From NCBI GenBank assembly GCA_050273025.1, contig CP158636.1:7564001-7628000 (forward strand): 64,000 nt of DNA. The letters are read 5' to 3'. The position numbers were made by a program, and so were the translations under genes. The notes below the pieces were generated by a model. That model worked only from the letters and a program-made list of their open reading frames with translations. It had not been told where the DNA came from and did no database searches. The stretch comes from Cenococcum geophilum (lineage: Eukaryota). This document shows, piece by piece, positions 1 to 12,512 of this stretch (position 1 is the stretch's first letter; each line of letters starts with the position of its first letter).

Positions 1-1007
1 AGCCTCGCGCGCCTCCACCACCCAAGAAGCCTGCGAAGCGGTCCACGAACGAGTACCCGGTCCCTCAGCCTGTCTCCATCCTCTTCGTCGACAAGGGCAA
101 CCAGAGTGCGCCGCCTTCTCCTTTCCCCCTCCCCTTCCCTCTTCATTCCCTCCCCGCATCTCTCCCCCCTCCTCTCCCCTACTAACACCCCCCAGATCGC
201 TCAATTATCGCCCATGCCGCCGCTGAGCTCCTCCGCCTCCAAACCCTCAACTCGGGCACCAAAAACCCCTTCACACGCCTCGACTCCGCCGGCCTCTACG
301 TCTCCAGTACCCTTATAACCCGCCCCTTCCTCGTCCACGCCGGCGCCGTCCACCTCCCCCGCTCCGTGCCCGTCACCGCCTCCGCCCTACCCGAGCCCCT
401 AGCCCTGCGCGCGCTCTTCCACGCCGGCCGCACCAGTCTCGAGGAGCGCGACGTGCGGAACCGGCTGCAGCGGCACGAGGCCCGCGGGCTCGAGGCCGAG
501 GATTTCAGCCGCTACGACTTCATCATTGCGTTCGATGCCGAGGATGTGGCCGTACTAGCGCGGCTGAGCGAACAGGTTGGCGGGGCGGGCCAGCGCGCGC
601 GGATCGTGCTGCTGGGGCGGGAGGCGCCGGTCGCGAGTCCGCGGAACGTGATACGGGATGCGAGAAACGCGGGGCAGGACGTTAACGACGCCACCGTGTA
701 TGGCGAGACGGTTGCGCGAGTTTGGGCGGCGCTGGAGCGGTTTCTGCAGGCCGAGTGTGGGTGGCGGAGGCCTGAGCGACCGATTGATGGGGCTAGGATG
801 CCGTTGAGGAGTCGGCAGTTTATGGGGTCGCAGGTTCGGGCAAGTGGGATTTGGCTGAAGCATTTGAGGGAGGCGGGAGAGTGGCTGATTGCGGTTGATG
901 AACCAGCAACAGAGGGTGCGGAGAGGGTTGTTACGGTTACGGCGGCTAGGGAGCTGTTGAAGGAGGCGTTTGATTTGGCGTTTGGGGCGTTGAGGCCGGT
1001 TTTTTAG
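1..1007 (+). CDS. Low-molecular-weight protein-tyrosine-phosphatase-like protein (5' partial; intron 106-195)
   Basis: Joining exon <1-105 to 196-1007 (GTGCGC...ACTAAC...CAG intron) gives VSILFVDKGNQNRSIIAHAAAE...FTRLDSAG...EDFSRYDFIIAFD. This matches the LMW-PTP motifs ILFVCxGNxCRS, DSAG and DFxxxDxIxAMD. Confidence 0.7.
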
Positions 1008-2062
1008 GTTGGTTTTGCGGTTCCGGTGTACTATTAGGGTCGGTTGGTGTTGGGGAGCGACGAAAGTCCTGGTGGAATATCCCTTAATTTTTGTGTATTA
1101 TAGTTTCCTTTCCACTACTATCTCGAACTCTCATTAGCGTTAAAATAGAATGGGTCCTACCCTGGGTGGAATTAAATCTCTCTAATAATCCGACTGAATT
1201 GAAAGTGGTTTAAAAATGTTAGTTACCCTTCCAACAAAGTGCAATAGGTAAATGCGTATATTAGGAAGAAGCTGTTTTACATTAATGCATGTGCTAATTG
1301 TATAAAAGGCTTTTAGTATAAAATTAAAATGCAACATCCTAAATAAGATAGAATTAAAATTCTATGCCGTTATGTCATGCAACTTGTAAATATAATCCAG
1401 TGCTGGTTATCGAATCTTCGTGGGCGACTTCAGGCTCTGATCAGAACAGCGATTTTAGTTGTTTGCGTGGTACAGAGAGGTGCTGAACATTTGGTCTTTT
1501 CTCCTGGAGCTAGTTAAAGCTATTTAGGCTTCAAAACTACTTACGCAAGAAATAGTACTCCCGGGGGTCATCTTAGTCTTGCCCATATCAAAACTGTATT
1601 CGGGTAAGCCTGCTGAACGTCTTTAGGGTAGTGCAAATGCGTCCTTGAATACCATAGTTCTGGTTCTGGAGCAGGAGTTATGAAACACCCTCTTTGATGA
1701 TCTATTTCCAATGCCTATGATTGCGGCTCTTTGGGTCCTAGGTTTGAAATGTTCCAGTACTACCTTGCTCAAATTGGCTATATGTTGCAATGGACGTTCG
1801 TGCTCAGAGGGAATCGTACTTCGAATCATTGCACCCGTTGAGTGGCTCCACTTCTGAAACATAGTTATCAATATCTAACTCTGTCCATTAAATGATCTTA
1901 GTCTTAGAACTCAGTCATGTTCCCTCGTGCTCCTGGCTTCTAAAGTCAATTAGATGCGCAGACGCTGCTCAAAGGAGTTTCGCTGGGCTAGTGAAATTGA
2001 AACAGCCTCTATCATGCGGAAAAACAATAAATACCAATACCGCATAATGACTTGAGTATTAA

Positions 2063-2990
2063 TAATAAATTCAATTTACCGTCCGACCTGGTCCCCCTAA
2101 TGGGTCCACACAGACTAATTCCTATGGGAAAAAACCTCCTTATCTAAGAAAAACCCCATTTTTTAGGTGTACAAAAAACCTCTAGGGGAAACGTGAGAGG
2201 TAATACTTCCAGATAGCATCCGTACTACATCAACAAGAGGAAAAACACCGTCAGGTTACTGCTCTGAGACTCCGTAGGAGTGTCCAAAATGCCTGTCTTG
2301 CCCCATCTGCCACTTAAACCATTTTTGCCACGTCTATATATTGCCTGTATAAAGTCGTGTGCCTGTCCCTAGCTCCTTTTCCAAGTCTCCTATAAATATC
2401 TCCTGATAATAACGCTTGCGCTCCGCCCTGGCCTGCATGCTAAGGTCTCTTATCTATTCCTTCATCAAAAGGTTTCTACAACAGGGTGTATATAACTTAG
2501 TATCGCTTTTGCCCTAGGGCCCAAACCTAGGCCCTTATACCTATTCGTGAGGTATAAGAGGACGCTCTAGATAGGGGGGACCAGTCCCTATAACTAGATA
2601 CCCAGGTTACCAGGTAATGTTAAAATAGGGGGCCTCTGCTACGCTCAGGGCGCGGATTGTTTGCGTATGTGTATGGTTGCTGTGCGGTATATATAGTATT
2701 CGTAGAAGGGAGGGGGTACGCCGGAGGGATGATTGCTTGTCAATTCGAATAACCGAACGTGTACGATAGACGTGGTAGCTGTGTTCAAACTTTTTGCTGG
2801 GGCTCACCCCCCAGTGAAAAATTTTCACACCACCACCACCACGTCGCTGCGCAGGCGCTGCGCAGCCGTACACACGTCTCTGCGTTTGCTCTGGTAATCT
2901 ATTGACACGATCCAAATGGGACATCAATAGTAGCTGCCAGGTTCCCGGGCTCCACCGCGTGGAGGTGCAGAGGCCGATTTCATCGAGCCC
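2063..2990 (-). mobile_element. Non-autonomous non-LTR retroposon (SINE/SIDE-like) headed by an HDV-like ribozyme, copy 1
   Basis: 16-bp direct repeat ATGACTTGAGTATTAA at 2047-2062 and 2991-3006. No long ORF. The 5' end is a ribozyme fold and the 3' end is a stem-loop plus TTA-rich tail. Both ends resemble those of 28619-29643. Confidence 0.8.
2878..2990 (-). ncRNA. HDV-like self-cleaving ribozyme
   Basis: Minus strand: P1 GGGCUC/GAGCCC, P2 CUCUGC/GCAGAG, P3 ACC/GGU, L3 UCCACGC, P1.1 CC/GG, P4 CUGG..CUAUUGA/UCAAUAG..CCAG, J4/2 AGCAAAC with candidate catalytic C. The first G abuts the TSD. Confidence 0.85.
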
Positions 2991-5039
2991 ATGACTTGAG
3001 TATTAAGTGTGTACTATACATGTTAGTCTCTCTGGCCATAGAAGAGGAGAAGAAAACCGCACGCAAGAAAAGGAGAAAATTAGAGGTCGAAAGGTTTTGC
3101 TGACTAAACAAATCACGTGTATGAATCTCTAGTACCTTTTTTTTTCCTCCACTAGCTTTGAAGAGGCGTCCACTATGAGTTTTATCTTCTCGATCCATCT
3201 TCTCGTGAAGTTGGGGCGCTTGCTCTTATAATTGGCCAAACCAGCAATCTCTTACCTCAGCAAACTTAGATGAAACGAAGTTTAGCGGAAAGGGGTAAGT
3301 GCCGATCGGAAAATTAATAGAGGCAAGCGCCGATTTGTATGAATCCACATGTAAAGACAAGCGTCATATAAATACAATTACCCGCCAACTAACTATCAAC
3401 CAACGTCTATATGAACTAACGGCCAACGTGACGTTATAGAACTAGACAAGGCGAATCAAATGCAGCAAAATCTAATTTGACCTGGTAGTTTTACGACGTA
3501 CCCAACGACGCACGCAGCGACGCGACAAGCTCAAATTTAGGAGATCTGAAGACGCGGTCTTGCTAACCGCAGCTGATTTAGTAATTCTAGCTATCACGAA
3601 TAACTTCAAGTGTTGTGGTGATTAATAGATTTGGGAGCAGAAAGGTATATTTTGGCCCAATCACCTCATGTCTCTCTACCCAAAATCTAATGCCCATACC
3701 AGACCTTCTAACGAAGGTAAAGCCCAAAACGGTTTAGTGTACATGGTTGAACCTCGGAAGAAGGTCTGGGCCCGAGATAACGTAATTGCTGGGGTAAATT
3801 CAACCTTCCCCATTCGCCATCTTTGCCGGCTTCCGAGCGGGATTAGATTTTGATGAGACGCCAATGACAAGTTGATTCCTCTACCTCACTTCTCGGCCGA
3901 GTCGCTTAAGGCCAGGAACCAGGGCGATCGCCGAAATGAGACGAAGGCGCACGGCGAGAAGGGTATGTATCTCGACTTCTCTGCACCTCATATTGATTGA
4001 GACGGGTGCCTTTTTTAGTGTTCTCTTCATCCTTGCTTCTCGTACTGGACTTTTGCTATCATCTTTTCGTCTTCTCATGTTACACAATAGGGTTGAAGCA
4101 TTTATCTACGGAACCGAGCGATGCAAGAGGCAGAGCCTCGAAGCTTTTGTTTCAGAGGAAATTGCGTGCTGGCCTGTACCAAGGGGGTGTACGCAGACTA
4201 TAGACTTCCTCGGGCCGCTTCCCTTGATCCGATACGCTCTTTATTTTCCGGCATAATGCAAGGTAATTCGACGCGGATTCTGGGTTATATCAAGCTTTCA
4301 TAGCGCCGCCGAAGGCTTGGGTCCGCTTGCGAGAATGCCGAGTCTAGCAACGGTGGCAGTCTTGACGTCCTTTTAGAGTTGTCTTTTGTGCTTCTTCATA
4401 TCCGAGCAAAGCCTCATCACATCCTATCAGCGCTCCGCAACCAGGATTCAACTCGTTCCATCTGCTAGGGTCTCTGGCGTTGTGGCGCCGCCGAAACGTG
4501 GGGTGGAGCCCGGTCTCCCCAGAGCTGGTACAGCACGGTTACTTTGCCTCTTCGCTGTCACACTGCTGGATGAGATGTCTCGATGCTATGCAACCGTCAT
4601 CTCCGACAAGCTCCGCTCATCTGGGAGGTATCATGTCACGCCAAAGTACCTAGCGAGGGACCCACGTCCATAATGACCAATTGCAGTATTCTGAACGATT
4701 AATATGTCTATCAGGTATCGGCAAAGGAACATCATCCATGTACCCGATTTTCCTTTTATGCTCGCAATCGCATCCCCACTCTCTGCCAAGGGTCTTCCTA
4801 CCCTGATCTCTCGTAGGAACTAGCCTCGCTACTTCGCGCGCGGACGGAGTATTAGAACTGTTCTGGCCGTTAAAGTACCGGATCCAGTTTGGGTTAATCT
4901 AGTCTCTGCCTTGCTTCCGTCTGGACTTCAAGATACCAAAGCTATAAGATGTAGGCCACAGCCATAGGTAGTGCACCACCACCACAGGTAAGCGTTTCAT
5001 TCTTTCCGCTCCTTAGTCACTCTTTTACCAAGAGCCATC

Positions 5040-6148
5040 ATGCTTGTCATTTTTTTGATCTTGGCTGCTGGCAGCCTGTCCACACTCGTTTTTGGGGCTC
5101 CTATCCCGTTCACTCATTCTTCACGCAGCACTGCTGCATCCATTCATTCCTTGGTAAAGCAAGGCGCAGATACGTACACCATTTATGGAGGCAATGGTGA
5201 TATCTCTCAAGGATGGCCTGCTCAGAGTAGCTGGGTTTCTAGCTTTGATACTATGTAAGTGCACTATCCCTACACTAAGCCCACCTTTAATCACCTCGGC
5301 ATACTAATCTATGCAGGTTCAACAACAACAAATTTATCATGCAATCTTCCTGCCCCCAATGGTCCGTTCCCAATGACTCCGCCTCCGAAATCAACGATAT
5401 CTGCAATGGCATCAAGACCGTTGCTCGCGAAACCGGCATCGACGCCCGCTTCATTCTCGCTATTATGATGCAAGAATCGAACGGCTGCGTCCGCGCCCCC
5501 ACAACCAACTGGGGCGTGCGCAACCCCGGCTTGATGCAAGACCACAACGGCGCCGCCACCTGCAACGAGAACGGCGTGCAGAACCCATGCCCCTCCTCCA
5601 CCATCACACAGATGATCCGCGACGGTGCGGCCGGCACCAGCAGCGGCGACGGGTTGAAGCAATGCCTCGCCGAGTCCGGCGCCACGGACGTGAGCATGTA
5701 CTACAAGGCGGCGCGCATCTACAACTCGGGCTCGATCGCGGCCGGCGGCAACCTCGGCGCCGGCGTTGCAACCCACTGCTACGCCTCGGACATCGCCAAC
5801 CGCCTGACTGGCTGGGTCTCCGCAGCGCACACATGCTCCGAAGCCACCATCGGCTCCATGACCGGCAAGACGACCTCTGGCGGCAACGACAACACCGGCA
5901 CGCCTGCGACCACGGGCGGGAACACGGGCGGCGCCACTACGGTCGGCGATCCGTCGCCGTCGGCCCAGAAGGCTCCCGGCGCGTCGGCGAGCTGCAAGGG
6001 CTGGTATACCGTTCAGAGTGGCGACTACTGCGGCGTTGTGGAGCAGAAATTCGGCATTACAATGGCGCAGCTTATGAGCTGGAATACGCAGCTGAGCAGC
6101 GATTGCTCGAACCTTTGGTTGGGATACAGCTACTGTGTTTCTGCGTAG
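5040..6148 (+). CDS. Secreted lysozyme-like (SLT/GH23-type) domain protein with C-terminal LysM (CBM50); intron 5255-5316
   Basis: Signal peptide MLVIFLILAAGSLSTLVFG; GTAAGT...ACTAAT...CAG intron; SLT-type motifs IMMQESNG, GLMQ and ARIYNSG; Thr/Gly linker; LysM YTVQSGDYCGVVEQKFGITMAQLMSWN...CSNLWLGYSYCV. Confidence 0.88.
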
Positions 6149-8562
6149 TGTGGGTGGTGGGAGATAGTCGATGTATGCATGCGGTTTGTCTTTTTGTATA
6201 TATCTCTGTGAATGTGATTCTTGCTGTTGCACGCATTGCTGTTCACCCGAAGCTAGACGTTATCTAAACAACTAGTTCTCGTTGTTTGACTTAAAAAAAC
6301 TTGTTTCGCCTTACGCATCAACGACTACCTATGTCTGCAATGCTCCACGCCTCTTGAAATCTGGTGATTCGCTTTCCACATCCCCGAGAAGTGATGCTGA
6401 AGCCACTCAGTTACGATTTGCAATCCCCAAGCTTACGAATGAGAGATGCGGGGTTGCTTCAGGAGCTCAGAAGAAAATTTGTATTGTCCATGTCTCTGCC
6501 CTGGAACTTTGCTTCGGACCTCGAAGGAAGATACGAAGCTAACGGTCAACGGTGTCAGGCTCATTAACTTCGTGAGCTCAAGACAAAAATCGTATTTCGG
6601 ACTCGTCTGGGCCTCTACTCCCAAGCCCCGGAGGGGGAAATCCTGAATAATGGTCGACGGCGCCAGACCCTGGCCCAAAGCGAAGGGGTGCTGCTAGCTT
6701 GTCAATTTTTCTACGACGGCAAGTGTTAGCAAGAATCCAAATTGGAGGAAAGCACATGAGGCAGTGTGTGGGTAAGAGAACTGACTTGGGACTTTGTTTC
6801 TTTAAAAAAAATCTGGGGTTTCATTTTTTATGCGGTTTCCCTACTGCGCAGAAGAGTTGGCGAACAGGTAGTTAAACAGATGGTAGACGATCTTAACCTA
6901 GACAATTCAATAGGTCCGTTATCCGCCGAGATTTGGAGTCCGCCAGTCACCTCCCCTAACATCTTGGGTGACTTCGAGAGGCAAATGAGAAGAATAACAA
7001 ACCCGCTATTAAGCGCGAGTAACAGTGGGAGATGCAGATCATCTGCTGGTCCTACGACATGCACTGACCGGTTCCACTCGTTTAAGGAGCTGATATATTT
7101 GAAGTCAGACAAAGAGGGAAAAGAGAAGATATGGGAAGCGTCTCTTCTAAAAGATCCCAAGTGGAAAGTGCTACAAACACAGCATTGCGCCGGGAGCTCA
7201 AGAGTGCTTCAACATGTCTGCTTGATTGACTACTGACCTGAAGTTGACTACCGAATGTATCCATACTTCCTTCTATATAATGAGGCATATTTGCAGTTAC
7301 ACTTATGCTTTTTCCTTTCCGGCTGCTGCGGTTGGACTTGAAAATTAACAGCTGTCAGCACATAGAGTGTTGTTGTTGAAAATCTACGGTCTGATTCGGT
7401 TGTTGACTACTTCTTTTAGAAGTCGACTGGTGGGCCTCGTTGATATCGCCTTCTGAGTTATTGTGGCCCATTCTCAGATGTGGAAGAGTCATATGATAGC
7501 CAGCTGAAGTACTCCTGACTCGGTGAGTATTGCTTAAATGGCAGATATTCTTTGAGAACGTTAAAAATAAGGAGACTGTACGAGCATCGCATTGGTCGGA
7601 AATTGCCTTAATTTTGTGATTTTTCTGAGGACGCGTCAGTGGATAGACTCTGAAAAAAAAACCGGCTGTTGATCTCGTTGATCTCGTTGATCTCGTTGAT
7701 CTCGTAGATGAAACGGTGAAAGTTTATACCCTTTCGGGAAATTTGTGTCCGAAGCAGGAAACGATACGTTTGACGGCCGTGCGTGATCAACACGCGCTAA
7801 TGGAATGTTCTTGGAGGGTTCAGTCTGGATATTTCCGCTGTGGGATTCCAAGGTTGGAGTTCCGAAGATCCCCTGCGTTGAATCATCGCTGTCAGCAAGA
7901 TCCGGAGGGAAAAGGTTGAGGATTTCTTCGAGAGGTCAATGGGAGAGAATTAAGCAACGAACCACATTGATGAAGTATAGACTGGGCCCGGTTCATAGTA
8001 TTTTAAGTGACCACTTCCACCAGGAGCCAAACTACATTGAAGTCAGTCAGTGGAGGTTACTTCAAGGCAGGGAATCGGAGCTCACGATTTGACTCAGGAG
8101 CCAAGGTCCTGACCAGCAGATGAGGAACTGGATGAGAAAGCTGAGCCTCTCCACTCTTTCGTCCCAATCACTCTTAGGCCGATGTCGACGGAAGAAACCT
8201 GATATTTTTCCACAGCGTTCTGCGTACCAATGGCTTTTGTCAACAATGTAAAAGAAAATACCCAAGAGAAGGGATAATATTAAATTAAAGAAATCTGTGG
8301 ATGTATATGTAATAGTAACGACCGACATGTTGCCAGAGTGAGACGAGAAAACAATCAAGGTGGAGGGTGTCTAGGTTTTGAGGACAAATTTGAGCACGCT
8401 GCAATTGCACCGTGGTAGAGGAGCCTAGGAGCGCTTTCAAGACATCTTACTGTTTTAGACATTTGACTACCGAATGCAGAGTACGCACGTTCTGGACTTA
8501 TGGAGAAATTATTCCAGGTGTCTCATGGGGATATAAGAATTATTTTTTTCAGCGCTCTTGTC

Positions 8563-8683
8563 AGATACGACTCATAGGTGATTGAAAACAGCCGATCCCG
8601 TCCGCTCTCAGGTACTTAAGCAATCAACCGGCTTGATTAGTAGTTAGTTGGGTGACCACTAGCGAATACCAGCTGCCGTATCT
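8563..8683 (+). rRNA. Dispersed 5S rRNA gene
   Basis: AGATACGAC...GAAAACAG..GATCCCGTCCGCTC...GTACTTAAGC...TTAGTAGTTAGTTGGGTGACCACTAGCGAATACC...GTATCT, followed by a T-run Pol III terminator. The termini pair (AGATACG/CGTATCT). Confidence 0.9.
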
Positions 8684-9713
8684 TTTTAGTCCTTTTGGTC
8701 TTTTCGGGTGTTTTTTTTCTTATAGTGCGGTTTTAAGTGTGCTTTGAGGTCATTCTATTTATAAGTGTTCCTATATTAGGGGCTCTTAACCATTTCCATA
8801 AATAGTCATAAATACTGATGAAGTATGCGTGAAGAGCTATCGTTAGTCTAGTCAGCTATTTTAATTATAACTGCATGCAGATTTAGGAGTTTAGATCCTT
8901 ATACCGCCTGTCCTGCTTTCCAATAACATATCGTACTTCCTAACTGTCCAGCCATTTCTCCTCTATCAACTCATGTTTGTAAGATTCGTATATTCAAGTA
9001 CCGAATTCGATTTAGTTGTTGGACAAGAACATACGAGATGGTATGGCAGAGGCGTGGGAAAGGCCTTGAGTCTTTGACAAAAAAAGTCACATAAGACGGA
9101 TCAGTTAATAACATTAAACTACGAAAACACTATTGTTTCTTGGGAGCGAGTCCCGGACCATATTAGCAACCGTTGCAACTTCTTTACCAAGGGCGAGCTT
9201 ACAATTCGCGGCTGTTTCGCTATTGAAAGGGGGTCTTCCGCCCAACAAAACTGTTCCTCCGGGGTCGGGGTCAGACAATTTGTAGAGAAATCCTTTGTAT
9301 ACGTCTTCTTCATAAGGCCCTGTTCCCTGAAGGATCTATTGGTGTCTACATCCATGATAGACCTGATCTACCAACCCCCACACAGCCCCAAAAGTTCTTC
9401 CGGTTTATGCATAGGTGAAGTCTTCACGTGCGCGGAGTCGTGATATAAAATTAAAGTTTAGGTCCATAAAATGTCGTTATGCCTACTGCGAGGTAAGAGT
9501 GACTGGATATGGGCAGATCTGCCACCCAGGGCTATGTGCTAGTTTATGCATTAAGACCCCAGTTTTTTAGGCTTTGGTGGGTTGTTCCGAGCCCCCACAT
9601 AGATTCAGGCGTGAGTTGAGGATATTCCGAAATTAGACGAACGGTTAAGTCGAACTCTATAACTCTATGATGATTATGCGCAACTTTTCGAGCCTATGAG
9701 GCCTATCCCTTAA

Positions 9714-11911
9714 CACGTCAATTCGGGTCCTCAGGTTATCGATAAGGAGTAGCCAATTAGATCACATAAATTCGGTGCCCGTACTCAGGAATACAAAGCT
9801 TTTGATTTTATAATAAATTGATATATAAGCTTATTCTTTGGAGTTGAGTCGCTCAATATGAGGCCCCCAGCAGTCGTCCTTCCTGCAGAATGGTATTTTG
9901 CATATACTGCAGCCAAAATGAGTCCTTGGAGGACGCTGCCGCCTCTCCCATTCCTTACTATCGCGAGGCTTCCTTGTAGTATTGGGTGAAAGATCTGATA
10001 GAGCCTTTCGACGCCCAATATTCTGCACCTGAGTACACCTGCCGGCCTCTATGCAAGCTGAGCAATGAACCTCCTTTGTAAACAGCTTAATCAGCTTATG
10101 CTGCGCTGTAGGGACCCATATTATATCCTTTGTAGAACGTCGAGATGGGTGTTCGGGTGCTGGGTGCTTTCGCTTCCGAATCGAACGCTCGAATAAGGCT
10201 GTGCGGAGGTCGATTCGGAATTGTTTATGGCCTTCTTGACGGCTCGCGCGGCGATCGGTGGGAGTATAAGAGGACAGTAGAAAGCAATTGCCAATTACTG
10301 TATCAAGAAGGAAGTGCCATAGAGGCTTCCAAGTTTGCCTGTGGGTCCTCTGCGTTGTAAAGTACGAGCGCAATTGATCAGCAATATCAACGCCGCACAT
10401 ATAGTGATTGTACCAGAATATGAAGGTAGGAATAGGCAACATCTTCTCCACATCATCGCCAAAGACCTTCCTAGTCTGTCTGGCGCCACTGGCAGTAAGG
10501 GGAGGACGTTTTCGCAAGGTAACTTTGGTTTGGCGACCTGGTGATGTATGACGTCATTAGATTTTGAGCCTTAGAGTTGAATTGTAAAACTCACCGTCAT
10601 CAACACTACTCATAAAAAGCACTACATTGGCGTCCTTCCAGGCGAACTCCATTACCTGACCGTTCTTAGAGACCGCCCTATAGAGTTCTCTCTATGGTAT
10701 TTGGGCTGCGTGGGTCAATTTTAGCTCAGCGAGCGCTCGATTGATTTGCTCGGCAGGCACCTTCTTCTTTCCTAATATAGATGAAGCCTCCTGAATATCG
10801 CCTTCTAGGTCCCCCTGTTCCTCCCGCACTGTTTTGGTCGTTCGAACGGTTCCTGCGCCTCCAATACCAAGGTCTCGTAGTTTTGTAAGGAGCTTGACGC
10901 TTGTAAACAGATTATCAAGCCATACAACGTGCTTTTTAGGTGGGTAGAGGCGTTCCTCTGTTTCGTCTTTTTGGAGGAGGAAATCGAGGACTACTGCCTG
11001 CGTCTTTGAAAAGCCTTCCTTATTAACAAAGGATTCATCCAAATCAACCGGGCCCTTCCCATCACCTTTAGCGTGCCACATGAAGTCTAATATATAGCCC
11101 TCATTCGCTAAAACCCATATTTTGAAGCCTTCTGGTGTAGGTTTAGATGGAATATTGACGATTTCAGAGGCACGGCCCATAAAGCGCTGGATCGTTTCAT
11201 CGACGGCGAGGTGGGTTCCGGGGGAGTAGAGCCTTCTGCAAGTAAGCCGAATATGCTCACTAAGCTCATCGATTCGGGTGAACGTCGTTTTAGGTGTTTT
11301 ATCAGACTTTGGCCATGGTGGTGAGGCTCGAAAGTGGCGATCAAGCTGCTGAAATCGAACAACTCCCATATACTTTTTGACGATATGCTCGGTACCATGC
11401 GAGTTTAAATCCTTCCAGTAGTCTTCAATGGCTGATTCTATGGTGATTCCCATATGAATAAGCACACCAAAGTACGCGTAGAGTTCCTGCCTACATGTTG
11501 GCTGCCATGCGCGTGGGTGTGCCGTTTCCTCATCTGGTGGATAGAGCTCCGCGTGCTTGTTCGTCCACTCTACAAGCTTATCCATAATCTCATCCGTAAA
11601 GAAGAGGCTAAATAGCCTAAAAGGATCATGTGTATCGACGTTTGGAGGCAGGTTTGGTGAGCCATGGTTGTCCCAATTGTCAATATGGAGAGGTTTGAAT
11701 TCGGGCAGCGGCCAGGGCTTAGGAGGTGCTGTTTTCGCCGTCTTGTTTGGGGGGACCTTATATTGAGTCTTCTGAACAAGGTCTACGTCAATTCTAGCAC
11801 GATTAGAAGGCATAGTGGTGGTGTAATTGATGATTGAATTCTATATAGATACACGCGTTGTTTTGAGAACGATGTTCCGCACGGACCACTTATCCTGAGG
11901 ACCCTGACGTG
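9714..11911 (-). mobile_element. piggyBac DNA transposon
   Basis: TTAA at 9710-9713 and 11912-11915; inverted termini CACGTCA...GGGTCCTCAGG; internal piggyBac transposase. Confidence 0.9.
9831..11813 (-). pseudogene. piggyBac transposase (intron 10538-10594) with an in-frame nonsense codon at 10692-10694
   Basis: Motifs AVDETIQRFMGR, PSKPTPEGFKIW, WLDNLFTS, AWKDANVVLFMSS, YNHYMCGVDIADQLRSY and a C-terminal Cys-rich domain. A TAG interrupts the frame, which continues after it. Confidence 0.85.
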
Positions 11912-12512
11912 TTAAGGGATACGGCTATGCAGGCGCTTCAGGGAACAGGGCCTAAATGAGTTGGCTCGGGATCATTAACATGCGTAGGATATAACCAGCA
12001 ATGATGTTACGGATGACGCCCTCGGATCTAATCCGCCCTGCCAGTGCCGCAGGAGACAGAGCAAGCATGATGACGACGGTATATGCAAGTGCCGGTTCCC
12101 AGTCAAAAAATCCACGTTTAGTGGGAACCATTAAGATAAGAATTGCTTCGAAGGCCACGACCAAATATGGAATAAATGCCAGAATGGAGTCATTTAAATA
12201 ATTTGGGATAAGTTGTGAATAGGATGATGTTTCTGTCGACCGAGCGCCGATCGCGATCGTCGTCCTACATTAGTTTGGATTACCTACCTCTTGTATATAT
12301 AGAGGCTCTAAAGTCTCATTCCAACAAGACAGAGTTCTCATTCTGGATCGTCCGGTCAACAGGTTCCAGGTACTTAAGTAACTTGGGATTTGGGCTTGGT
12401 GGGGTATGGACTCGGAGCGGAAAAACAACCAACAATTTTTTGATGCCACCCACTGCTGTCCTCATACAAGGTATACCTCTCAGCGTATTTCAATTGCTGT
12501 CCTCGCCCTCAA

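Noticed and set aside
1140..3200. Minus-strand gene relic interrupted by ribozyme retroposon copy 1
   Set aside because: Some splice-like signals and short protein-like frames, but no recognisable family.
5287..6267. Long antisense and alternate-frame ORFs overlapping the LysM gene
   Set aside because: Shadow ORFs caused by high GC3 codon bias of the real gene.
6282..8360. Short ORFs and the (GTTGATCTC)4 repeat at about 7668-7703
   Set aside because: No recognisable domains. Probably decayed gene fragments or intergenic DNA.
12340..12385. Possible 5S fragment (CAGGTACTTAAG)
   Set aside because: Only about 12 nt match, with no other 5S elements around it.
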